From Eubacteriales bacterium (GTDB lineage Bacteria; Bacillota; Clostridia; Oscillospirales; CAG-382): DNA of 64,000 nt. Location of the stretch: the NCBI GenBank assembly GCA_045643125.1, contig JAZUKE010000036.1, forward strand, positions 1,318 to 65,317. Direction: 5' to 3'. Below, piece after piece: positions 8,723-16,343 of the stretch (positions within the stretch are counted from its first letter, which is position 1; each line of letters opens with the position of its first letter). Position numbers and translations under genes: made by a program. Under the pieces are notes generated by a model. The model was not told where the DNA came from, ran no database searches, and was given only the letters and a program-made list of their open reading frames with translations.

Positions 8723-9993
8723 AAACCGTTTCATTCTGTTCTCTCGGCTGCCGTGTCAATCAATACGAAATACAGTCGCTTCGGGAACAATTCATACAAA
8801 ACGGCTATACCGTCGTTCCGTTCGGAAAGGAATGTGACGTTGCCGTCATAAACACCTGCGCCGTCACAAAGGAAAGCGAAAAAAAGTCGCGTCACACGAT
8901 CTCTTATGCGTCCAAATATGCGTCAAAGGTCGTCGTTACCGGCTGTTTTGCCGAGCTTTGCCGCAAAAACGGCGATATGCCGGAACACGTCTGGTATCTC
9001 GGCGGATGCAGTATGAGGGACAGACTGTTTGATATTTCCGAAGGAAGATTCACGGACTACGCCGAAAAAACCGCATACGAGCCGCTTTCGATAGGCAATA
9101 CCGGCTCGCTCCCCAACGAACGCTTCCGCGCCTACGTCAAGATAGAGGACGGCTGCAACGGAAGATGCGCCTACTGCATAATACCGAGCCTTCGCGGAAA
9201 GTCTTATGCGAGGGACGAATCGGACATAATCGAAGAAATAAAGCGTCTTTCCGCCGTCGGCGTTTCGGAAATAATACTTACGGGCATAGAGGTGTCGGAT
9301 TACGGTTCGTCAGCCCTCTGCTCACTCATAAAAAAGACGTCCGAAATAGACGGCATAAAGCGCATCCGCCTCGGTTCTCTCAACCCGAACACCGTAAAGG
9401 ACGAATTCATCGAGTGCATAAAATCGACTCCCTCGTTCTGCCGCCACCTGCATTTGTCGGTGCAGTCGGGCTGCACTCCCGTGCTGAACGCGATGAAACG
9501 TCCCTACAACGCGGACAAGCTGAAAAGCGTGATCGCTTCTTTATACAAAGAAATTCCAGACATTATGTTAACTGCTGATGTCATTTCAGGCTTTCCCGGT
9601 GAAACCGAAGAAAACTTTGAAGAAACGCTTGAATTCATAAAGCAGAGCCGTTTTATGCACGTCCACGCCTTCCCCTATTCCGTCCGTCCCGGAACGGTCG
9701 CCGCGGAAATGGATCATCAGATACCCGAATGTATCAAAAAGGAGCGCAATCTGAAGATCATCGAAGAATCCGAGAAGATAAAAAAAGAGATCGCTTCGTC
9801 TTTGACGGGCACACAAGTTGAAATATTGGTAGAAAAGAACGTTTCGTTTGTCGCCTACGGTCACACCGACGGATTTATGGAAGCAAAGATAGAAAATTCG
9901 TCGGCAAAAAGCGGTTCATACGTCGTCTGCACCGTGACGGGATATGACGGCGCACTTATATGCAGGGAGGAAAAACGATGGAAAACGATCTGA
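8719..9993 (+). CDS. mtaB: tRNA threonylcarbamoyladenosine methylthiotransferase (MiaB/MtaB-family radical SAM)
   Basis: 424 aa. N-terminal UPF0004 domain (SLGCRVNQYE...NTCAVT), radical SAM CNGRCAYC motif, and a C-terminal TRAM-like domain. Confidence 0.85.
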   Translation: MKTVSFCSLGCRVNQYEIQSLREQFIQNGYTVVPFGKECDVAVINTCAVTKESEKKSRHTISYASKYASKVVVTGCFAELCRKNGDMPEHVWYLGGCSMRDRLFDISEGRFTDYAEKTAYEPLSIGNTGSLPNERFRAYVKIEDGCNGRCAYCIIPSLRGKSYARDESDIIEEIKRLSAVGVSEIILTGIEVSDYGSSALCSLIKKTSEIDGIKRIRLGSLNPNTVKDEFIECIKSTPSFCRHLHLSVQSGCTPVLNAMKRPYNADKLKSVIASLYKEIPDIMLTADVISGFPGETEENFEETLEFIKQSRFMHVHAFPYSVRPGTVAAEMDHQIPECIKKERNLKIIEESEKIKKEIASSLTGTQVEILVEKNVSFVAYGHTDGFMEAKIENSSAKSGSYVVCTVTGYDGALICREEKRWKTI

Positions 9994-11015
9994 TAAATGC
10001 TTTTTTGCCTGCCGGTGTCGCAGGCAGAGACGGTGCGGGAGTTTCTGTCCTCAAAACGGATATCGCCCCGATCTTTGCGCTTTTCAGGGCTTTTGCCGAA
10101 CGGAGCGGTGCGGAAAGCGGAGTCGTTTATCCTTACGAGCTTGACCGTTACACCGTATACAAGAAGAAAAAGAGCTTTTTCCGTCCGACAGACGTCATTT
10201 ACACGGCTGATTTCATCACGTCGAACAAAAAAACGGCAAAAAAAGCCGATCATTACATCGGCGGGCTTTATTCTCTTTACGTTTCGTGCCGTTCGTTCAC
10301 CATTGATACTTCACTTATCGGCGAGAACGACATAAATATTTTGAGCGAAAGAATATATTTCGTCATCCCGAAAGGCAAGACCGGGCTCATAAAAAAGATC
10401 GCGTCTTTCACGTCGGGGCTTCGCAAATGCGGTGTCGTCACCTCCGACGGAATGATACGTTTTATAAGGAACGGCATTGCCGACGAATTTTCGTCGTCGC
10501 TCGTCCCCTGTGTCGAACCTCTGACGCACGAAATTGATTCACCGTACGATTTCAACGTCGGATGCTTTGCGGCATTTGAAAAACTCCTTGAAAAAAAGTC
10601 AAAATACCGCTTCCCGTATCCTAACGAAAAACTGCATTATTCCGACAGATTTTCATATAAACTCGGCTACCTTGCGGTATCTTCGCGTGACACGTCCAAC
10701 GCTCTGCACGCCTTTTACACCGAGCCGCCGATAGTATGTGCGGGTTTTCTCGTCTCCGTCATACCGATTTGGAGCGATAACGGAGTATTCCCGATCGACA
10801 GAGCTTTTTCGTATATTCCCTCACTCGAAGCGGAAGCGAACAGCCACAGCTATTTTGCCTACACCGCTTTTTACGGGAGCTTAAAAGATTATGTAAACCG
10901 CTTCCACATAATGGCATATACGGAAACGGCTGTGCCTCAATCGGACGGCGGATATATCATAATCATATCCGACACGCCGACTTCGCACAGCCACATAGGT
11001 TATCTTTTAGATTGA
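9978..11015 (+). CDS. hypothetical cytoplasmic protein (345 aa), last gene of the holA-Toprim-mtaB transcription unit
   Basis: ATG at 9978 is preceded by AGGGAGG, whereas the track start at 9960 has no RBS. Overlaps the mtaB 3' end. No TM segment, signal peptide or motif that I recognise. Codon usage resembles the neighbours. Confidence 0.6.
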   Translation: MENDLINAFLPAGVAGRDGAGVSVLKTDIAPIFALFRAFAERSGAESGVVYPYELDRYTVYKKKKSFFRPTDVIYTADFITSNKKTAKKADHYIGGLYSLYVSCRSFTIDTSLIGENDINILSERIYFVIPKGKTGLIKKIASFTSGLRKCGVVTSDGMIRFIRNGIADEFSSSLVPCVEPLTHEIDSPYDFNVGCFAAFEKLLEKKSKYRFPYPNEKLHYSDRFSYKLGYLAVSSRDTSNALHAFYTEPPIVCAGFLVSVIPIWSDNGVFPIDRAFSYIPSLEAEANSHSYFAYTAFYGSLKDYVNRFHIMAYTETAVPQSDGGYIIIISDTPTSHSHIGYLLD

Positions 11016-12080
11016 TCAGTATTTTATTTCGCTGAGTATCTTATACATCTCGTCCCATTTTTCTTCCATATCGGCGACGAGTTTGAACTGAGTACGGGTC
11101 CTGACCAGATTATGGTCAGGGCTTTTTATACGGAAATAAACGTCGCCTTCGATATAGTCGGTCAAAAATCTCACGCCGCATTCAAGCGTCATCAGCTTAG
11201 CGCCCCACGGAAGCAGCTCGATCTCTTTTTTGGTAAGCGATTTGCCGCAGGCAACAAGGAAGCCCTCGGCGTAGGTCTTGTAAAGCGACGGAACGAAGTT
11301 GACTTTTGAAAGGTCTCTTTCGTCTTCTGCCGCGCTGCTTGCGCCGAAACGGATCGAATCGCCGAAATCGTTGACGGAAAGTCCGGGCATAACGGTGTCA
11401 AGATCAATGACGCAGAGCGCTTTGCCGGTCTTTTCGTCAAGAAGCACGTTGTTCAGCTTGGTATCGTTGTGAGTGACGCGGAGCGGTATCTCACCGGTTG
11501 CAAGAGCGTCAACGCAGACGCGGGCATCGGCTTCGCGGTCGAGCGCAAAGCGGATCTCGTCAGCCACGTCCTTCACTCTGCCGCACTTGTCCTCTTCTAT
11601 CGCTTTGCGGAATTTGCGGTATCTGTCAGGCGTGTTGTGGAAATCCACGATCGTTTCGTGCAGTTTTGAAGCGTCAAAATCGGCAAGATTGCGCTGGAAC
11701 ATACCGAATCCGTATGCGCTTTCGTAAAAATCGCTTTCTTTTTCGACCTTTTCGAGGCAGATGCTTCCCGTGATAAAGTCGTAAACTCTCCAATAGCAGC
11801 CGTTTTCGTCCTTGTAAAAGTTTTTCCCGTCAACGGTCTTGATGACAGTCATAGCGGAACGCTTGTCTTCGACCTTTGAAGCGATATGATCGCAGACGGC
11901 GACCACGTTTTCCATAAGCAGATCGGGACGGGTGAAAATATTGTGATTTATCTTTTGAAGAATGTATTTTCTTCCGTCTTCGCAGACGACAAGATACGTC
12001 TCGTTTATATGTCCGTTGCCGTAGCGTTCACAGCTTGCGGGGCTTGACGCAAGACAAAATTGTTTAAGAAGTTCTTTCAT
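11016..12080 (-). CDS. nahK: N-acetylhexosamine 1-kinase (NahK/LnpB-type, APH-fold)
   Basis: 354 aa. YGNGHINETY, ILQKINHNIF, LRVTHNDTKLNNVLLD, DLDTVMPG, DFGDSIRFGAS and HNLVRTRTQFKLV match, as I recall them, the characterised Bifidobacterium longum NahK almost block for block. Confidence 0.85.
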   Translation of the reverse strand: MKELLKQFCLASSPASCERYGNGHINETYLVVCEDGRKYILQKINHNIFTRPDLLMENVVAVCDHIASKVEDKRSAMTVIKTVDGKNFYKDENGCYWRVYDFITGSICLEKVEKESDFYESAYGFGMFQRNLADFDASKLHETIVDFHNTPDRYRKFRKAIEEDKCGRVKDVADEIRFALDREADARVCVDALATGEIPLRVTHNDTKLNNVLLDEKTGKALCVIDLDTVMPGLSVNDFGDSIRFGASSAAEDERDLSKVNFVPSLYKTYAEGFLVACGKSLTKKEIELLPWGAKLMTLECGVRFLTDYIEGDVYFRIKSPDHNLVRTRTQFKLVADMEEKWDEMYKILSEIKY

Positions 12081-12086
12081 TGTGAT

Positions 12087-13787
12087 TCACCTCAAAATTA
12101 TTTCTATAAGCATATCGCAGAGCTTTTCGTAATCGGTAACGCAAACGGAAAGCATTTTTTCTTTTTCAAGCACTTTTTCCTTGGTGAAGAAAGTCGAAAT
12201 GTCGCTTGTCGGCATCACGCAGGCATAGACGGAAGCCATTTCTTCGTCCGTTGCTTTTTGTTTTGCCATAGTGATAAGCTCGAAAAGCTCGGAAGCGTAT
12301 CTCATAGCCTTGTATCTCACCGAAAGGAGCGGTTTGCCGTTGCGCGACGGATAGACGAAGTTTATGTCGCCCGTGGGGAACGCGCTGTATTTGATATCCT
12401 TGCGCGGATCGTCGTTGAATATCGTGTAATTCCAACGGAGGAAGCCGTCAAAGCCCATAAAGGCGGTCAGCACCGGGAAATACAGCGATTCGTAAAGCTC
12501 GCTTCTGATAAACGTATTCGGGTAATTCGGGGTGCAGCAGACGTACCACAGGAAGCGTTTGCCTTCTTTTCCGAGATACTTGCTTATAATGTCGTGTTCT
12601 CTGGTAGAACCCGCGATAAACGGTACGAAATCGTACATAAGGTCAAAGAATTTTTCGATAAAATCGGAATGATCTATTGCCGCTTTATAGCGGAAATGAG
12701 GTGCGTTTTTGTGAAGTCTCTGCAAAATGACGTTAAAGGCTTCGATATCACGGGGCTCGTCCGCGGCAACGCGCACTTTGTCGATGAGCTTTTTGCGGAT
12801 GAAATATCTTTCGAGCGCTCTTACATAGCCGTCGATCTCGGACGCTTTCTGCATAAATTTATAGGTGGAAGTCGCTTCGTCAAAGTATCTTATTCTTATT
12901 CCGTCGGGATATCTCTTTGCGGGTTTGGGGAATGCCGCGCCCGACCATATATTTGCAAGTCCGAAAACCGAAATTTCGCTGTTGATGCCGTATTTGAAGC
13001 AGAGGTCGATATATCTCTGCATCGCGGAATAGTCATAGGAGAAACGTCCGTTGGCACGTTTGGTGACTTTTATCATCGAATATTCAAACATATTCGCTTT
13101 ATCCGGAGACCCTATACAGCCCTGACCCGACCAGGGGATCTCGCTTGCAACGACGGTGACGGCTTTCTGTCCGAGGTCGGCAAGCGTCTTGACGTAGCCT
13201 TCAAGCACTTCAAAATGCGCGTCGCTGAACATCGGAACTTCGTGTTTGCGCGCAAGGTTGGACGAATGCTGCCACAGATCGAGATAATATTTGAAATCCT
13301 TGCCGTCGGGGAGCGTGATATCTATCACGTTCAGTTTGATCTTGTCGGAAGACCATTCGGCTTCGTCGCTGAACATAAAGCTGACGTAAGTGTTTATTGC
13401 AATTTCTTCGCTCTTGCTGTTTTCGTCAATATCGACGTCCACCCAAAGGGCTGCCGGCTTATTTGCGGTAAGCTCGATAAATCTGTCTTCGAGCAGGATA
13501 TCGCAAGCCGCGGGACGTCCGGGGTCGTCGGGAATATAGCCTTCGGGATATACGGTCACTTTGTTCGCGCTCTTTATGTCAAGGCGGTAGGAATTGCAGT
13601 TGCACACCTGACGGTAGTACAGCGTTCCGTCGGTGCGGATGACGGAATCCTCGTCCGAAAGGACGATTATCTGGAACGACGCTTTGCGGTTTCTTACGGT
13701 TTTGACTTCATTTATCTGACGAATGGAATCAAAATCGGCATCTTCTCTCAATTTGAAAAGGCAATCGGTAAGTTTGATTTTAAGCAT
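12087..13787 (-). CDS. DUF4091-type glycoside hydrolase, GH123-like (candidate beta-N-acetylhexosaminidase), cytoplasmic
   Basis: 566 aa with no signal peptide. Length and layout are typical of DUF4091. Adjacent Asp343-Glu344 in VRVAADEPRD (codons 12756-12761). The stop codon lies inside the RBS of nahK. Confidence 0.55.
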   Translation of the reverse strand: MLKIKLTDCLFKLREDADFDSIRQINEVKTVRNRKASFQIIVLSDEDSVIRTDGTLYYRQVCNCNSYRLDIKSANKVTVYPEGYIPDDPGRPAACDILLEDRFIELTANKPAALWVDVDIDENSKSEEIAINTYVSFMFSDEAEWSSDKIKLNVIDITLPDGKDFKYYLDLWQHSSNLARKHEVPMFSDAHFEVLEGYVKTLADLGQKAVTVVASEIPWSGQGCIGSPDKANMFEYSMIKVTKRANGRFSYDYSAMQRYIDLCFKYGINSEISVFGLANIWSGAAFPKPAKRYPDGIRIRYFDEATSTYKFMQKASEIDGYVRALERYFIRKKLIDKVRVAADEPRDIEAFNVILQRLHKNAPHFRYKAAIDHSDFIEKFFDLMYDFVPFIAGSTREHDIISKYLGKEGKRFLWYVCCTPNYPNTFIRSELYESLYFPVLTAFMGFDGFLRWNYTIFNDDPRKDIKYSAFPTGDINFVYPSRNGKPLLSVRYKAMRYASELFELITMAKQKATDEEMASVYACVMPTSDISTFFTKEKVLEKEKMLSVCVTDYEKLCDMLIEIILR

Positions 13788-13790
13788 TTT

Positions 13791-15389
13791 TTACTCCGTT
13801 CTGCGGTCTGCAATATATGCTTCCGCACATTTTATTCCGTCGGACGCCGCCGACATTATGCCGCCGGCATAACCGGCGCCTTCGCCTGCGGGATACAGAC
13901 CTTTTATTTTGGTCTGCATTGTATATGGATCTCTCACGCATCTCACGGGGCAGGTGCTTCGGGATTCGACTCCGGTCAGCACCGCGTCGGAAGACGCAAA
14001 GCCGGGGATCCGGTTATCTAAAAGTTTTATTCCCTCTTTCAGCGTTTCGCAAACGAAAGGAGGAAGCACGTCGTTGAGGTCTGCGCCCGTCACTCCGCGC
14101 GGATAAGTAGGTGTCACGCTGCCGAAAGCGTTTGTTTTTCTGCCCTTCAAAAAGTCGCCGACCGTCTGGGCAGGTGCTTTGTAGTCACCGCCGCCGATTT
14201 CGTACGCTTTTTGCTCCAGCTTCCGCTGAAACTCCACGCCGTCAAGCGGCTTGCCGCCTCCGATATCCGTCTTTTCGACGCTTACGAGCAGCGCCGAATT
14301 GGCGTTTTCGCCGTCACGCGAATGAAAACTCATTCCGTTGGTGACAACTCCGTTCTTTTCGCTTGCCGCAGCGACGACTCTGCCGCCCGGGCACATACAG
14401 AACGTATACAGTGCCCTGCCGTTTTTCGTGTGGGCGACCGCCTTGTATTCCGCGTTCGGCAAAAAAGGCGAGGACGCAAAGCTGTGATAACGCGCTTTGT
14501 TTATGTCCTTTTGCCGATGCTCTATCCTCACGCCGACCGAAAACGGTTTCTGCTCCATTTCGATTTCCTTTGAAGCAAGCATCTCAAAGGTGTCACGCGC
14601 AGAATGTCCGATGCAGAGGAAGACGGAATCCGTAACGATCTTTTCGCTGCCGTTAAGCATCACACCGGTGATCGCGTCGCCGTCGATTTCGATATCGGTC
14701 AGCCTGCAGCCAAAACGGAATTCGCCGCCGAGTTTTTTGATGTGTTCACGAATATTCGTTATCACGCCTCGCAGCAGATCGGTGCCGATATGCGGATGCG
14801 ACAGATAGAGTATTTCATCGGGAGCGCCGAAGAGGACGAATTGTTCAAGCACATAGGCGCATCTGTTGTCTTTGTCCTTGATGAGCGTCGTCAGTTTGCC
14901 GTCCGAAAACGCTCCTGCGCCGCCTTCGCCGAACTGTATGTTGCTTTCGGTGTCAAGGCTGCCCGTCGCGTTGAATAACGACACCTTTTCGGCACGCTTT
15001 TCCATTTCGTCGCCGCGTTCGACAATTATCGGCTTATATCCGCTTTGTGCAAGCAGCAGCGAACAGAATATTCCGGCAGGTCCGAAGCCCACGACCACGG
15101 GGCGGAACGACGTCACCTTTGTCACCGGAGGAAAAACGTACTCTTTTTTGACGAACGGATAAACGATCTCTGCTTTTGCGTTTTTCGCAAAGGCGCTTTC
15201 ATTTTTCAGTTCAACGTCGGCGTTTATTATCCAGCTGAGCTGCTTTCCGCGTCTTGCGTCAAGCGACTTTGAACTTATGCGAAGCGACACTATATCGCTT
15301 TCATCGCAGGAAAATACGTTTTTTATCCGCGTCGTCAGGTCGTTTCGCGTATACGACGGGGCGAAGACGAGGTTTTTTACCCGTATCAT
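13791..15389 (-). CDS. FAD-dependent dehydrogenase of the COG2509 type (substrate unknown)
   Basis: 532 aa. Dinucleotide-binding VVVGFGPAGIFCSLLLAQSGYKPIIVERG about 95 aa from the N-terminus, and a C-terminal YPAGEGAGYAGGI block typical of this family. Confidence 0.75.
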   Translation of the reverse strand: MIRVKNLVFAPSYTRNDLTTRIKNVFSCDESDIVSLRISSKSLDARRGKQLSWIINADVELKNESAFAKNAKAEIVYPFVKKEYVFPPVTKVTSFRPVVVGFGPAGIFCSLLLAQSGYKPIIVERGDEMEKRAEKVSLFNATGSLDTESNIQFGEGGAGAFSDGKLTTLIKDKDNRCAYVLEQFVLFGAPDEILYLSHPHIGTDLLRGVITNIREHIKKLGGEFRFGCRLTDIEIDGDAITGVMLNGSEKIVTDSVFLCIGHSARDTFEMLASKEIEMEQKPFSVGVRIEHRQKDINKARYHSFASSPFLPNAEYKAVAHTKNGRALYTFCMCPGGRVVAAASEKNGVVTNGMSFHSRDGENANSALLVSVEKTDIGGGKPLDGVEFQRKLEQKAYEIGGGDYKAPAQTVGDFLKGRKTNAFGSVTPTYPRGVTGADLNDVLPPFVCETLKEGIKLLDNRIPGFASSDAVLTGVESRSTCPVRCVRDPYTMQTKIKGLYPAGEGAGYAGGIMSAASDGIKCAEAYIADRRTE

Positions 15390-16228
15390 TGTTTGGATAT
15401 TTCAAACGTAACGGGGCGGACGCGGTTTTCGAGGCAGAGATGATTTGCTTTTATGTCGGAAGGAGTTATGTCTCTGAATCTTTCGATCTTATGACCGACT
15501 TTGAGCGAGTTTACTTCGTAAAGGATAGGGCCGTTATAGCCTATTTCGTCAAGGCAGTCGAACAGCTCGTTCCAATCAATGTCGCCTTCACCGGGGAGCC
15601 AATGGCGTTCGTCGATGAAGTTATAGTCGGAAATATGGGTAGTCACTATCTTGCTTCCGACATTGCGGACGAAATCGGATATTTTTTCGCCGAGCAGATG
15701 GTTGGTGTCGAAGCAGACGCGGAGTCTGTCATCGACGGAAACGAGGTCGAGCAGTTCTTTACTGCAATTTCCGAGACAAGTTCTCGGCAGGTCTTCGACG
15801 GCGATGGTCGAGCCGAAGGCTGCGGCGTATTCGGCAAGCTCGCAAAGCGACTTTTTGGATGCCTCGATCCTTGCCGGTCTGTCGCTTTCCGCAATAGGTT
15901 CGCCGCTTGCGTGAAGCACGAACAGCTTGATGCCGCATTCGGATGCTTCTTTGATGTGCTTTTTCTGATATTCGACGGCAAAGACGCGCTTTGCTTCGTC
16001 GGTCGCGGAAACGTCGTAAAGTTCAAAAGGTCCGAAACGGAGGTGGAAGCTGTTGATGCGAAGTCCCGCTTCGGCGGCGGAAGCGACGGCTTTTTTTATA
16101 TCGAGGTTCTCAAAATCTCTGCCGCCGGGAGAGAGTTCAAGGCAGTCGATACCGCTTTTTTTATATTCGGGATAAAGAGCGATGATCTCATCGTTCACAC
16201 CGCGTGAATAACCTGTTTCGCGTTTCAT
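15386..16228 (-). CDS. sugar phosphate isomerase/epimerase-family protein (xylose-isomerase-like TIM barrel)
   Basis: 280 aa from the ATG at 16228, which has a GAGAGGTG RBS; the track start at 16282 is rejected. Pattern ...ELSP..., FVLHASGEP, IAVEDLPR, FDTNHL is typical of PF01261. ATGA overlap with the FAD gene. Confidence 0.7.
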   Translation of the reverse strand: MKRETGYSRGVNDEIIALYPEYKKSGIDCLELSPGGRDFENLDIKKAVASAAEAGLRINSFHLRFGPFELYDVSATDEAKRVFAVEYQKKHIKEASECGIKLFVLHASGEPIAESDRPARIEASKKSLCELAEYAAAFGSTIAVEDLPRTCLGNCSKELLDLVSVDDRLRVCFDTNHLLGEKISDFVRNVGSKIVTTHISDYNFIDERHWLPGEGDIDWNELFDCLDEIGYNGPILYEVNSLKVGHKIERFRDITPSDIKANHLCLENRVRPVTFEISKQ

Positions 16229-16260
16229 AAAAACACCTCTCATACGATTTAGTTTATAAC

Positions 16261-16289
16261 ATATTATCACAACACACAACAAAAATCAA
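16261..16289 (-). promoter_or_regulatory. extended -10 promoter of the TIM/FAD/GH123-like/nahK operon
   Basis: Read on the minus strand: TTGATT (16289-16284), 17-nt spacer, TGaTAATAT (-10 at 16266-16261). Lies just downstream of the SBP terminator. Confidence 0.5.
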
Positions 16290-16291
16290 GT

Positions 16292-16326
16292 AAAAAAAAG
16301 TCCGTTTGCGTGAAAGCAAACAGACT
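16292..16326 (-). terminator. rho-independent terminator after the SBP gene
   Basis: 11-bp stem with one mismatch (16299-16309 / 16316-16326), followed on the minus strand by a run of 8 T (16292-16299). Confidence 0.6.
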
Positions 16327-16343
16327 TTTTCGCTTATTGCGCT

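Noticed and set aside
12060-14021. Very long antisense ORFs in the supplied track. Examples: 12060-14021 (653 aa), 19069-20661 (530 aa), 3464-5128 (554 aa), 1784-3064, 1107-2000, 17704-18720, 23318-24310, 25790-27007, 27261-28283, 39305-40606, 50003-51115, 56618-57718. They could be read as overlapping genes.
   Set aside because: In every case checked by coordinate modulo 3 (seven ORFs), the ORF lies in the codon-aligned mirror frame of a gene with strong family motifs on the other strand. Their translations are low-complexity (Arg/Gly/Val/Phe-rich), they lack SD sequences, and they span several unrelated sense genes. The pattern is explained by avoidance of TTA/CTA/TCA codons.
16229-16282. 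N-terminally extended starts suggested by the ORF track. These are 16282, 24421, 25397, 32436, 35632, 43347, 46397, 50012, 62677 and 9960.
   Set aside because: Where I checked the codon (25397, 35632, 43347) the extension begins at a non-ATG start. In general the extensions lack an SD and add residues with no family counterpart. In each case an internal ATG is preceded at 5-10 nt by a GGAGG-like SD, and often by the upstream gene's stop codon.
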